From an uncultured bacterium (GTDB lineage Bacteria > Krumholzibacteriota > Krumholzibacteriia > Krumholzibacteriales > Krumholzibacteriaceae): 64,000 nucleotides of DNA. A program made the position numbers and the translations under genes. The stretch is taken from contig CAWFAD010000016.1 of assembly GCA_963813815.1 (NCBI GenBank), forward strand, positions 160,001-224,000. Reading direction: 5' to 3'. The first letter of the stretch is position 1. Each line of letters starts with the position of its first letter. The notes under the pieces are model-generated. The model did no database searches and was not told the origin of the DNA. It saw only the letters and a program-made list of their open reading frames with translations. Below are positions 55,259 to 64,000 of the stretch, in pieces.

Positions 55259-56201
55259 GAGCTTGGAGCGCTATCTTCGGGAGATCGATCACTACCTCGC
55301 CGTGAAACGCAACGCGAAGGAGATCCTCGCGGAAATCCGGAGCCACATTCTCGAGAAAGCGGCCGACGGGCAGGGTCGAATATCCGACGAGTCGATCGAG
55401 CGGGCGATCTCGGCCTACGGCGCCCCGCGCGAGGTGGCGGCACAGTATCTCGAGGGGGCCGAGGTCATCGCCCCCGTGTTCCGGAAACACCTCTTCCGCT
55501 ATACGTGGCTGCTCTTCGCGGCGCACTGCGCGGCGATGGCGGCGTCGATCGTCTTCGACCTGAGCATCGTCATGTTTCCGCTGTTCATCATCCCGAGGAT
55601 GCCCGGGTACCTGTGGATCTTCTACGTGCCGATGGCCTTCGTCGCCGATTTCGGGCTTGTCGCGTTCATTCTCATGCTCGTGACGCAGCGCAGGCAGGAT
55701 CTCAAGCTCCCGTGGCCGACGATCTTCCTCGGCCGTCCGCGGCGCGGGCCGGGGCTCGAGCCGCCGCGCAAACGGACGCTCGCCGCGACGCTCGCGCTCC
55801 TGGCCGTCGCGGCGTTCTTCCTCGCGCGGTACCGCACGCTCTTTTTCTACTCGGTCAACGGCGGGGCGCCGGTGTCGCTGCTCGAGCCGGCCTCGGCGCT
55901 GTTCTATTCGGCGCTCTTTTTCTCGATGCTCGCGTGCGCCGTCATCGCTCTCGCCGTGAGGTTCATCGTGAACTCGGCGTGGGTGAACCTCGCGCGCGAC
56001 GTCGTCATGCTCCTGCTGCTCTGGGTCGTCTGGAACAGGCCCGTCGCGCCGGCCTTCCGGGACGCGCCCGGCGTCGACATCGCCCTGCTCGGCGGAGCCT
56101 TCGTGTTCGCCGTCACCGTTTTCGTCGCGGTCCAGTGCATCCGGAGCGTCGTTTTCGTGACGCGGGAGATGGCCTATTCCGCCGGGGGGGCGCCGCGCTG
56201 A
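55251..56201 (+). CDS. Membrane protein with HAAS-like N-terminus (PadR partner)
   Basis: LERYLREI...EILAEIRSHI...YGAPREVA then multiple TMs. Confidence 0.8.
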   Translation: MSESLERYLREIDHYLAVKRNAKEILAEIRSHILEKAADGQGRISDESIERAISAYGAPREVAAQYLEGAEVIAPVFRKHLFRYTWLLFAAHCAAMAASIVFDLSIVMFPLFIIPRMPGYLWIFYVPMAFVADFGLVAFILMLVTQRRQDLKLPWPTIFLGRPRRGPGLEPPRKRTLAATLALLAVAAFFLARYRTLFFYSVNGGAPVSLLEPASALFYSALFFSMLACAVIALAVRFIVNSAWVNLARDVVMLLLLWVVWNRPVAPAFRDAPGVDIALLGGAFVFAVTVFVAVQCIRSVVFVTREMAYSAGGAPR

Positions 56202-56279
56202 CGCGCCCGCGGCGCGGGGAGATCCGAGGGGCGGCGGGCGGAAAGAAATTGCTGGACAACTCCATTGCTTCTCGCCGAT

Positions 56280-56963
56280 ATGAATAGCATGGACAAAGGG
56301 CTCGCGGGAGGAGAAAAGGGGCCTCGCGGCTATCCCCGGTGGGCGGTTTCCCTCGTGTGGGGATGCCGGAGCGCGCGGGCGACGTTCCACCGACTGCTCT
56401 ACCGCACGTCCGCGTCGCGGCCGGTCATCGACCGGGATCTCGCCCGCTGGATCGAGATCCTCGGCCGCCGCCGCTCGGATGAGCGCTCGCCGGCCAGCGA
56501 CCTCGTTTGGCTCATCGCGCGCCATCCCGAGTTCCGCAATCTCTTCTATCTCCGCGTGGGGCGGGAGAAAAGCATCCGCGTCAAAGCGCTCCTCGAGATC
56601 GCGAAGATCTTCTATCGGCCCCTCGAGAGCCTCTACCTCTATACCGAGAACATCGGCCCCGGCTGCTTCATACAGCACGGCTTCAGCACCGCCGTCGACG
56701 CGAAGCGCATCGGCGAGAACTTCTGGCTGAACCAGCAGGTTTCGATCGGCTATTCGGGGATCGACGACTACCCGGTGATCGGGGACAACGTGTCGGTCAG
56801 AGCGGGGGCGATCGTGCTCGGCGACATCACGATCGGCGACAACTCGGTCGTCGGCGCCGGATCCGTCGTTCTGAAGAGCGTGCCGCCGAACTGCGTCGTC
56901 GTCGGCGTGCCGGCGCGCGTCGTGAGGCGCGACGGCGTCGACGTGCGGGAGGATCTCGCGTAG
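56280..56963 (+). CDS. Serine acetyltransferase-like hexapeptide-repeat protein
   Basis: IGPG.FIQHG, PVIGDNV, IGDNSVVGAGSVV.KSVPPN.VVVGVPA. Confidence 0.85.
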   Translation: MNSMDKGLAGGEKGPRGYPRWAVSLVWGCRSARATFHRLLYRTSASRPVIDRDLARWIEILGRRRSDERSPASDLVWLIARHPEFRNLFYLRVGREKSIRVKALLEIAKIFYRPLESLYLYTENIGPGCFIQHGFSTAVDAKRIGENFWLNQQVSIGYSGIDDYPVIGDNVSVRAGAIVLGDITIGDNSVVGAGSVVLKSVPPNCVVVGVPARVVRRDGVDVREDLA

Positions 56964-56978
56964 CGGAGCGATCCGGTC

Positions 56979-57347
56979 ATGAGTCTCACGCCGTTCCAGA
57001 AGATCAGCCTCATCTACCTCGTGCGCTCGTTCGCGCGCGTGCTCTCCGTCGCCCTGCTCCTTTTCGTGGGCCTGATGGCGGTGGGGGAGGGGTTTCCGAA
57101 TCCGCTCGAGCTCTCGGGGCGCGAATCGCTCCTCACCGTCGCCTTCGTCGCGATGGTCGCGGGGCTCGTCGTCGGCTGGTGGCGCGAGCTCGCGGGGGGA
57201 TCGCTCGTTCTGGGCGGTTTCGCCGCGTTCATGCTCGTCGAATTCATCGCCACGGGAGACGCCGGCATGAGCTGGATCTTCGCGCTCTTCCCCCTCGCCG
57301 GCGCCCTCTATCTGCTCTTTTGGCATCTCGGAAGGCTTCGCCACTGA
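56979..57347 (+). CDS. Membrane protein of unknown function
   Basis: Four hydrophobic helices, GWWRELAGG. Confidence 0.75.
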   Translation: MSLTPFQKISLIYLVRSFARVLSVALLLFVGLMAVGEGFPNPLELSGRESLLTVAFVAMVAGLVVGWWRELAGGSLVLGGFAAFMLVEFIATGDAGMSWIFALFPLAGALYLLFWHLGRLRH

Positions 57348-58093
57348 TGCGGCGCGGCGCGCATCGTTTGACGGCGAGGGAGGCCGTCGCCCGGCTCGAG
57401 GCCGAGGCGGATCCCGCGAACGTCGCCGGCATGGCGCGGTACGGCATCTCCGTCGAGCGGGCGCTCGGCGTTTCAGCGCCGGCGCTCCGCGCGCTCGCGA
57501 GGGAGATCGGCCGCGACCATGGCCTCGCGGCGGCGCTCTGGCGCTCGGGGATTCGCGAGGCGCGCATTCTCGCCTGCCTCGTCGACGAGCCGGGCATGGT
57601 CTCCGAGGCGCAGCTCGAGCGGTGGGCGCGCGACTTCGATTCGTGGGACATCTGCGACGCGGCGTGCGCCAATCTCTTCGACCGCACGCCGTTCGCCTGG
57701 GAGAAAGCCGCCGCGTGGAGCGAACGCCGCGGGGAGTTCGTGAAACGCGCGGGTTTCGTTCTCATGGCGTCGCTCGCCGTTCACGACAAGCGCTCGCCCG
57801 ACGAGCGCTTTCTGGCGTTTCTCCCGATCGTCGAACGCGAGGCGGGCGACGGGCGCAACTTCGTGAAGAAGGCGGTCAACTGGGCGCTCCGGCAGATCGG
57901 CAAGCGGAGCGCCGCGCTCAATCGCGCCTCTCTCGCCTCGGCCCGGCGGATCCGCCGTTCCGACTCGCCGGCCGCCCGCTGGATAGCCGCGGACGCGATC
58001 CGCGAGCTCGAGAGCGAGCCGGTTCGGCGGAGGCTCGCCCGGAGCGGAGCGAGACGCAGCGCGGAACCGCGCCGAAAGGAGAGAGAATCATGA
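57347..58093 (+). CDS. DNA alkylation repair protein (AlkD-like HEAT-repeat glycosylase)
   Basis: GMARYGI, DFDSWDICD, RNFVKKAVNWALRQIGKR. Confidence 0.88.
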   Translation: MRRGAHRLTAREAVARLEAEADPANVAGMARYGISVERALGVSAPALRALAREIGRDHGLAAALWRSGIREARILACLVDEPGMVSEAQLERWARDFDSWDICDAACANLFDRTPFAWEKAAAWSERRGEFVKRAGFVLMASLAVHDKRSPDERFLAFLPIVEREAGDGRNFVKKAVNWALRQIGKRSAALNRASLASARRIRRSDSPAARWIAADAIRELESEPVRRRLARSGARRSAEPRRKERES

Positions 58094-58620
58094 CGCACCG
58101 GGAATCGCGCGCGCGATTCGTCTCTATGACGCTCCTGTTCAAGATCAGGGATTTCTTCTCGCCGCCCGGTCGGACTCTCGCCGAAGCGGGGATACGCCCC
58201 GGCGACACGGTGCTCGATTTCGGCTGCGGGCCGGGGGGCTTCGTCGCGCCGGCTGCGAAGCTCACGGGCGAGGCGGGCGCCGTGTACGCGCTCGACAAGC
58301 GGCGCGAGGCGCTCGAGTCGGTGGGCGCGATCGTGGCGAAGCGGCGCCTCATGAACGTTCGGACCATCCTCTCCGACGGCGCCACCGGGCTTCCGGACCG
58401 GAGCGTCGACGTCGTGCTCCTCTACGACGCCTTTCATTCGCTCGATTCGGCCGAGCGCGTTCTCGCGGAGCTCCACCGGATCCTCAAGGACGGAGGGACG
58501 CTCTCGTTCAGCGATCATCACCTGAGAGACGGCGTCATCCGCTCGCGCGTTTCGGCGGGCGGTCTCTTCGAGCTCGCCGAGCGGAAGAGGAAGACGCACC
58601 TCTTCAGGAAACTGGCGTGA
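58090..58620 (+). CDS. Class I SAM-dependent methyltransferase
   Basis: VLDFGCGPG, VYALD, ELHRILKDGG. Confidence 0.85.
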   Translation: MTHRESRARFVSMTLLFKIRDFFSPPGRTLAEAGIRPGDTVLDFGCGPGGFVAPAAKLTGEAGAVYALDKRREALESVGAIVAKRRLMNVRTILSDGATGLPDRSVDVVLLYDAFHSLDSAERVLAELHRILKDGGTLSFSDHHLRDGVIRSRVSAGGLFELAERKRKTHLFRKLA

Positions 58621-58636
58621 GGGGCCGGGAGGGCGC

Positions 58637-59464
58637 GTGAAGCGGTTGACCGGCGCGCAAAAGAGGACCTTCCGCGCCGCCGTTCTCGCGCACTATCGCG
58701 CGCACGGACGCGGCGATCTTCCGTGGCGGGCGACGAGGGATCCCTACCGCATACTCGTCTCCGAGTTCATGCTCCAGCAGACGCAGGTGCCGCGGGCGGC
58801 GCGATACTACGATTCCTTCGTCCGCCGGTTCCCCGGTTTTCGCGCGCTCGCCCGCGCGACGCTCCGCGACGTTCTCCTCGAGTGGAGTGGCCTCGGGTAC
58901 AACCGCCGGGCGCAGCGGCTCAGGGACGCGGCCCGCGCCGTCGTCGCGGAGCACGGCGGCCGCCTCCCTCGCGACCGCGGCGCCCTCCTCTCGCTCCCCG
59001 GCGTCGGCGAGGCGACGGCGGGGGCGATCGCGGCCTTCGCGTTCGGCGAAGCGCGCCCCTTCATCGAGACGAACATTCGCGCGGCCTTCATCCATCATTT
59101 CTTCGCGGGGCGTCGCGCGGTCCGAGACGAGGAGATCGCCCCGCTCGTCGAGGCGACGCTCGACCGGTGCGATCCTCGGCGCTGGTATTACGCGCTCATG
59201 GACTACGGCGCCGCGCTCAAGAAACGCCACGGGAATCCCGCGCGCCGGAGCGCCCGCCGCGCCTCTCAGGGGAGGTTCGAGGGGTCGCCCCGCCAGGCGC
59301 GGGGCCTCGTCATCCGCGCTCTCGGGTCGGGCGGCAGGAGCGAGCGCGCGCTCGCGGCGGCGACGGGGCTCGACTTGAAACGCGTTCGGCTCGCCGTACA
59401 GGCGCTCGAGGGCGAGGGAATGGTCGAGAGGCGCGGCGCGCGGGTCCTCATCGCGGCGCGCTAG
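58637..59464 (+). CDS. mutY: A/G-specific adenine glycosylase, short MutY lacking the Fe-S motif
   Basis: LPWR, PYRILVSEFMLQQTQV, WSGLGYNRRA, LPGVG.ATA; no C-X6-C-X2-C-X5-C. Confidence 0.85.
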   Translation: MKRLTGAQKRTFRAAVLAHYRAHGRGDLPWRATRDPYRILVSEFMLQQTQVPRAARYYDSFVRRFPGFRALARATLRDVLLEWSGLGYNRRAQRLRDAARAVVAEHGGRLPRDRGALLSLPGVGEATAGAIAAFAFGEARPFIETNIRAAFIHHFFAGRRAVRDEEIAPLVEATLDRCDPRRWYYALMDYGAALKKRHGNPARRSARRASQGRFEGSPRQARGLVIRALGSGGRSERALAAATGLDLKRVRLAVQALEGEGMVERRGARVLIAAR

Positions 59465-59482
59465 CGGCCGCGGGGTTCGCCG

Positions 59483-59584
59483 CTACGTCTTCTTCCGCGC
59501 GAGGAGCCGCCGCAGGGAGAAGATCGCGAGGACGAGCACGGCGCCCCATCCGATCGACATGAATAGGTATCCGCCGAGAGTCAC
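59483..59584 (-). CDS. MetS-like small subunit of NSS transporter (33 aa)
   Basis: GTG overlapping transporter stop; (M)TLGGYLFMSIGWGAVLVLAIFSLRRLL. Confidence 0.65.
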   Translation of the reverse strand: MTLGGYLFMSIGWGAVLVLAIFSLRRLLARKKT

Positions 59585-61137
59585 AGGTTCTCCCGTTCCT
59601 TCTTGAAGCTTCCCCGCCTCGCCGCGATCGCGACGAGCGCCGTGAAGCCGGTGATTATAGCGAGCATGAGAATTCGCGCCCCCCACATGTAGGGGCGATT
59701 CTCCTCCGGAACGCCCTCCATCGTGAAGACGCGGCGGATGTCCGTCTTGATCCAGGCGCCGAGTATCGCGATGAGAAAGAGCGGGGTCACGTACTTCATG
59801 ATGAACCGGTAGAAGCGGGGCACCCGCATCTCCGCGCCGCGCGTGATCTCCTCCCACGCCCGGTCCGCTCCGAATATCCAAAAGAAGACGACGATCTCGA
59901 TGAAGCCGAGCAGCACGACGCCGAACGTCCCGGCCCAGAAATCGAGCTCGTCCATGAATCCCCGCGCGAGAAAGAAGAGGACGAGGTTGGCGGCGGCGAA
60001 GGTGAAGAGCGAGATGACGTTCACGGCGCGCCGTCTCGTCCAGCCGAGCTCGTCGATGAAGAAGGAAACGGCCGGGAGCGTGAGGGCCACGGAGGATGTG
60101 ATCCCCGCGATGAAGAGAAGCGCGAACCACATCGCGCCGAAGAGGTTGCCGGCCGGAAGGTGCTGAAACACGATCGGCATGGTCTGGAAGCCGAGGTTGA
60201 AGGGGCTTCCCTGCGCGATCGCCTGCGTCGCGGCGACGCCGAAGAAGGCGCAGGCGATGGGGATCGCGATCGTTCCTCCGCAGATCACCTCGCAGAACTC
60301 GTTCGTGCTCGCCGTCGCGAGCCCCGAGAGAGCGACGTCGTCGTCGCGGCGCAGGTAGCTCGCGTACGCCTGAACGGCCCCGAAGGCGACGCTCAGGGTG
60401 AAGAAGATCTGCCCCGCCGCGGCGAGCCAGACGCGCGGCTCGCGGAGCAGCGAGAAGTCGGGATTCCAGATGAAGCCGAGCCCGTTCGCCACGCTCCTGT
60501 CCGGATACGCCGGGTCGGGAGTTCCGAGCGTGAGGACGCGCACGACGAGCACGATCGCCATGATGATGAGGAGCGGCATGCCGACGTTGGCGAGGCGTTC
60601 GATGCCTCCCGAGATGCCCTTGCGGAGCACGAGGTAGTTGCAGATACACGTGGCGATGAAGAAACCGTACATCCACCACATGCCGTCGAAGTAGGCGTTG
60701 CGCTCGATTCCCTGGTAGCCGTGGAGGAATGCGCCCATCGTTTCCTGCGTCGTCGCTCCGTCGTACTTTCCGGCGAGGGAGAAGAACGAGAATCCGAGGG
60801 TCCACGATTCCACGCACACGTAGTAGATGAAGACCGTGATGGGGAGGAAGAGCCCGATGACGCCGAGATACTTCGCCGCCGGATGGCGCCACAGAAGCGT
60901 GAAGATCCCCGGCATGGTCCCGTGGCCGAACTGGCCGCCGTAACGTCCCATCGCGAGCTCCGTCCACATGAGCGGGATGCCGAGGAGCAGCAGCGATATA
61001 AAATAGGGGATCATGAAGGCGCCGCCCCCGTTCCCCGCGGCCTGCACGGGGAAGCGGAGAAAGTTGCCGAGCCCCACGGCGTTTCCGGCGAGCGCGAGGA
61101 TGAGGCCGGCCTTCGTTGCCCAGCGTTCTCGTTCCAT
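59581..61137 (-). CDS. Sodium-dependent transporter, NSS/SNF family
   Basis: RERW, GNAVGLGNFLRFP, NGGGAFMIPY, AAGQIFFTLS. Confidence 0.95.
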   Translation of the reverse strand: MERERWATKAGLILALAGNAVGLGNFLRFPVQAAGNGGGAFMIPYFISLLLLGIPLMWTELAMGRYGGQFGHGTMPGIFTLLWRHPAAKYLGVIGLFLPITVFIYYVCVESWTLGFSFFSLAGKYDGATTQETMGAFLHGYQGIERNAYFDGMWWMYGFFIATCICNYLVLRKGISGGIERLANVGMPLLIIMAIVLVVRVLTLGTPDPAYPDRSVANGLGFIWNPDFSLLREPRVWLAAAGQIFFTLSVAFGAVQAYASYLRRDDDVALSGLATASTNEFCEVICGGTIAIPIACAFFGVAATQAIAQGSPFNLGFQTMPIVFQHLPAGNLFGAMWFALLFIAGITSSVALTLPAVSFFIDELGWTRRRAVNVISLFTFAAANLVLFFLARGFMDELDFWAGTFGVVLLGFIEIVVFFWIFGADRAWEEITRGAEMRVPRFYRFIMKYVTPLFLIAILGAWIKTDIRRVFTMEGVPEENRPYMWGARILMLAIITGFTALVAIAARRGSFKKERENL

Positions 61138-61185
61138 GCATCCCTCCCCGTGCCGCGCGCCGCGGGCGCGGCGCCGCGGAGCGGG

Positions 61186-61665
61186 TCAGATCGTTCGCAG
61201 GCGTTCCTCGATGCGCTTCACTTCGTCCGCCATGGCGTTCCAGTGCGTGCCCTTCCAGAAAACGCGCGAGCACGAGGGACAGCGGTGATACTCGGCGAAG
61301 GACGATCCGACGTGGGAAGGCACCGCGGCGCGCGCGTCATCGGCCGGCATCTCCACGAGCAGGGCGTTGCATTCGAGGCAGCGGGTGAACGGTTCGAAGC
61401 GCGGCGGTTCCCCGAGCGCCGCGAAGAGCTCGACGAGCTGCTCGACCGTCTCCCCCGAGCGCAGAACGACCGGGCGCGGGCCCGGCCGGTCGCCGCACGC
61501 GCGCGAGCGCGTCACCGCGGTCCGTCCGTCCCGGAGGGCGTTGAGAAGAAACCGGCCCGATTCTCCCTCGGGACACAGCTCGGCGTCGTAACCGAGCATG
61601 CGCATTTTGACGCAGAGCCTTCCGAGCATGCGGTCGAAGAGAAAGGTGCGTTTCGGCGACGGCAC
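61186..61665 (-). CDS. Mut7-C RNase domain protein
   Basis: FLFDRMLGRL...RMLGYD, RCLECN, CPSC.RVFWKGTH; AAAAGGAG RBS. Confidence 0.88.
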   Translation of the reverse strand: MPSPKRTFLFDRMLGRLCVKMRMLGYDAELCPEGESGRFLLNALRDGRTAVTRSRACGDRPGPRPVVLRSGETVEQLVELFAALGEPPRFEPFTRCLECNALLVEMPADDARAAVPSHVGSSFAEYHRCPSCSRVFWKGTHWNAMADEVKRIEERLRTI

Positions 61666-61808
61666 GGGGCGACTCCTTTTCGCTTGACAGCCTATCAGAG
61701 AACCGGGAATATGGGGAACCTGAAAATGCTCGAACGGCGCATTCATCCGGGATTTATGTGGAGATGGAGGTGAGAGGCGCGGTTCGGCGGGGAGGAACCG
61801 CGGGGGCT

Positions 61809-62000
61809 ATGCCGGAAATGTTCACTGGATGCCTGAAATGCAACAAGGGTGTGCTGATTCCCCTCTCCGATTACGGGAGGGACGGCGCGCCCATCCGCTA
61901 CAAGGCCTGGGTGTGCAACAATCCCGACTGCGGATTCAACATCCGCATCGATAACGGCGAGATCAGCATCGGCAAGGATCTCGGATTCTCGAGCAAATAA
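61809..62000 (+). CDS. Small zinc-ribbon-like protein of unknown function
   Basis: CLKC...PLSDYG...YKAWVCNNPDC; followed by terminator. Confidence 0.75.
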   Translation: MPEMFTGCLKCNKGVLIPLSDYGRDGAPIRYKAWVCNNPDCGFNIRIDNGEISIGKDLGFSSK

Positions 62001-62022
62001 GCGATCGACGTTCCGTCGCTCG

Positions 62023-62048
62023 AAGGGGGCCTCCGGGCCCCCTTTTTT
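62023..62048 (+). terminator. Rho-independent terminator
   Basis: AAGGGGGCC-TCCG-GGCCCCCTT followed by T-run. Confidence 0.85.
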
Positions 62049-62916
62049 ATCCCCGAGCCGCGGCCGCTGCCCGTTTCAGCAGCCAGAGCGAAACGACGAA
62101 CGCGGCGAGCGAGAGGAGCGTCCACGCGAGCCCCGGCAGCTCGACGCCCGCGGAGGCGATCTCCTCCTCGGTCGCCGCGTGGAGGCGCAGCAGGCTCGAG
62201 AAGTTGAAGACGGCGTGCGCGAGGACGGGGCACCAGAGGCGGCGCGTCGCGTGATAGAGATATCCGTAGAGGACGCCGAGCGCGACGACGCCGGGCAACA
62301 CGAGGAGATTGAAGTGGGAGAGCCCGAAGAGAACGCCGGAGAGAGCGACGGCGAGAGCGCCGCTCATGTTGCGCGCGAAGATGCGCTGCACGAAGCCTCT
62401 AAAGAGGAGCTCCTCGGAGAGCGGGCCGACGACCGCGACGCCGAGGGCCGTGAGGGCGAAGGAGACGGGGCCTTTGGGCTTGATCGAGAGGATGAAGCTG
62501 ATATAATCGGCGTCGGGCGGTCGCGTCCGCTCGAAGAACGCCGAGAGGGCCTCGATCGGGAGGATGCTCGTGAGCGCGACGGCGAGCGCGGCGAGCGCGA
62601 CGTTTACCGACGGCCGCTCGAACCCGAACTCGCGGACGAATCCGAGCGGGGAGCGCCGCGAGAGCAGATACAGGGGAACGAGGATCGCGAAGGCGCCGGG
62701 GAGGATGATCGATAGCTGCGTCATCCCCCTGAGATAGAAGATCCCCGCGATCGAATAATTCATGAGGAGACAAGCGCCGGCGTAGATGAGCAGGAGATAG
62801 TTGTTCATGCGGTCGAGCAGGCCGCATCCGGCCGCCGGAGGGCCGGTCTCGTCCGGGGGCGGCGGATCGCCCGGGCGATCGCATCCGCGATTCGTATCGT
62901 GATCTCCGTCGCGCAT
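62047..62916 (-). CDS. CPBP-family (CAAX/Abi) intramembrane metalloprotease
   Basis: PLSEELLFRG, FGLSH, LAHAVFN. Confidence 0.9.
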   Translation of the reverse strand: MRDGDHDTNRGCDRPGDPPPPDETGPPAAGCGLLDRMNNYLLLIYAGACLLMNYSIAGIFYLRGMTQLSIILPGAFAILVPLYLLSRRSPLGFVREFGFERPSVNVALAALAVALTSILPIEALSAFFERTRPPDADYISFILSIKPKGPVSFALTALGVAVVGPLSEELLFRGFVQRIFARNMSGALAVALSGVLFGLSHFNLLVLPGVVALGVLYGYLYHATRRLWCPVLAHAVFNFSSLLRLHAATEEEIASAGVELPGLAWTLLSLAAFVVSLWLLKRAAAAARG

Positions 62917-62968
62917 GGCGCGAGTATATCGGCGCCCCGTCGCCCCGGCAAGGAGAAAGGCCTTCGCG

Positions 62969-63676
62969 ATGATCAAGCTCGTCATCTTCGATCTCGACAA
63001 CACGCTCACCGATTTCATGCGCATGAAGGAAACCGCGCTCGCGGCGGCGACGGAAGCCATGATCGACGCGGGGCTCATGTTCCCCCCGGAGCGGATCCGG
63101 GACGAGATCAAGCGGATCTACGACGACGAGGGGATCGAGTACCAGCGCGTGTTCAACAAGCTGCTCGTGAAGCTCAAGGGAGAGGTTGACTACAAGGTTC
63201 TCGCCGCGGGCATCGTGGGGTACCGCCGCGGCCGCGAGGCCGCGCTCGTCCTCTACCCGCACGTCAAAATGACGCTTGTGCAGCTCCTCTCGCGCGGGAT
63301 GCGGCTCGCCGTCGTTTCGGACGCGCCCCGGCAGGAGGCGTGGCTGCGGCTGTGCTACCTTCAGCTCCACCACATGTTCGAAGCGGTCGTCACCTACGAG
63401 GACACGGGCGAATACAAGCCGAGCCCGGCGCCGTTCCGCAAGGTGCTCGAGATGATGGGCTGCGGGCCGGACGAGGCCCTCATGGTCGGCGACTGGCCCG
63501 AGCGCGACATCGTCGGCGCCGCAAAAATCGGCATCCGCACCGTGTTCGCGCGATTCGGCGACACCTTCGGGACGAAGGAATCGGGCGCCGACTACGAGAT
63601 CGACGACGCGTACGGGCTCGTGCGGATCGTCGACGAGCTCAACCGCTCCGAACCGGCGAAAGGAGCGTCGCGATGA
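62969..63676 (+). CDS. HAD-superfamily hydrolase
   Basis: IFDLDNTL, KPSP, MVGDWPERDIVGA. Confidence 0.92.
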   Translation: MIKLVIFDLDNTLTDFMRMKETALAAATEAMIDAGLMFPPERIRDEIKRIYDDEGIEYQRVFNKLLVKLKGEVDYKVLAAGIVGYRRGREAALVLYPHVKMTLVQLLSRGMRLAVVSDAPRQEAWLRLCYLQLHHMFEAVVTYEDTGEYKPSPAPFRKVLEMMGCGPDEALMVGDWPERDIVGAAKIGIRTVFARFGDTFGTKESGADYEIDDAYGLVRIVDELNRSEPAKGASR

Positions 63677-64000
63677 AGATCGTCACCGGAGCCGAGATGC
63701 GCCGCATCGACGAGACGACCATCCTGCGCTTCGTCACGGGGATCGCGCTCATGGAGCGCGCGGGGCAGCGGGTGTTCGATCACGTCGCCGCCTCGTTCCC
63801 GCAGCTCGATTCGATGACCGTCTCCATCGCGCTCGGGAAGGGAAACAACGCCGGCGACGGCCTCGTCGTGGCGAGGCTGCTGGCCGAGGCGGGGGCGTCG
63901 GTCATCCTGCACTATCTGCACCGGCCCGAGGATCTCTCGCCCGACGCGGCGAAGAATCACGCGCGTCTCGCGGCGCTTCGCGAGGAGCGGCGCGTCTCGG
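63673..64000 (+). CDS. NAD(P)H-hydrate epimerase (YjeF N-terminal domain), truncated by window end
   Basis: MKIVTGAEMRRID, LMERAG, GKGNNAGDGLVVAR. Confidence 0.88.
   Translation, partial: MKIVTGAEMRRIDETTILRFVTGIALMERAGQRVFDHVAASFPQLDSMTVSIALGKGNNAGDGLVVARLLAEAGASVILHYLHRPEDLSPDAAKNHARLAALREERRVS

Overview
High-GC bacterial chromosomal window, probably from an FCB-superphylum candidate phylum (inferred from the FlgD-Ig/T9SS-like C-terminal domain and the Bacteroidota-type DUF4159/DUF4175/TPR operon). 1-11.5 kb is a host-like operon: a histidine kinase, DUF4159, DUF4175-like and TPR proteins, ending in a strong terminator. From ~11.55 to 18.83 kb lies a visibly lower-GC integron gene-cassette array with 12 attC sites and no integrase in the window (CALIN-like). 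It is preceded by a Pc-like sigma70 promoter, a candidate attI core and a cer/dif-like sequence. It carries two RelBE-type TA cassettes, a 50-aa peptide cassette missed by the ORF track, and a thioredoxin-like cassette with an in-frame UGA plus SECIS-like hairpin (probable selenoprotein). Downstream the attC sites decay progressively (mutated, collapsed, half-site fused into an ORF), and the array grades into a ~28-kb run of co-oriented, functionally unrelated small genes that may be domesticated former cassettes. The right part (48-64 kb) holds peptidases, SPFH/Arc and PadR modules with visible operators, DNA-repair genes including an Fe-S-less MutY, an NSS transporter and housekeeping genes. 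No rRNA, tRNA or CRISPR array was seen. Product calls are from motif recognition only; no database search was run.
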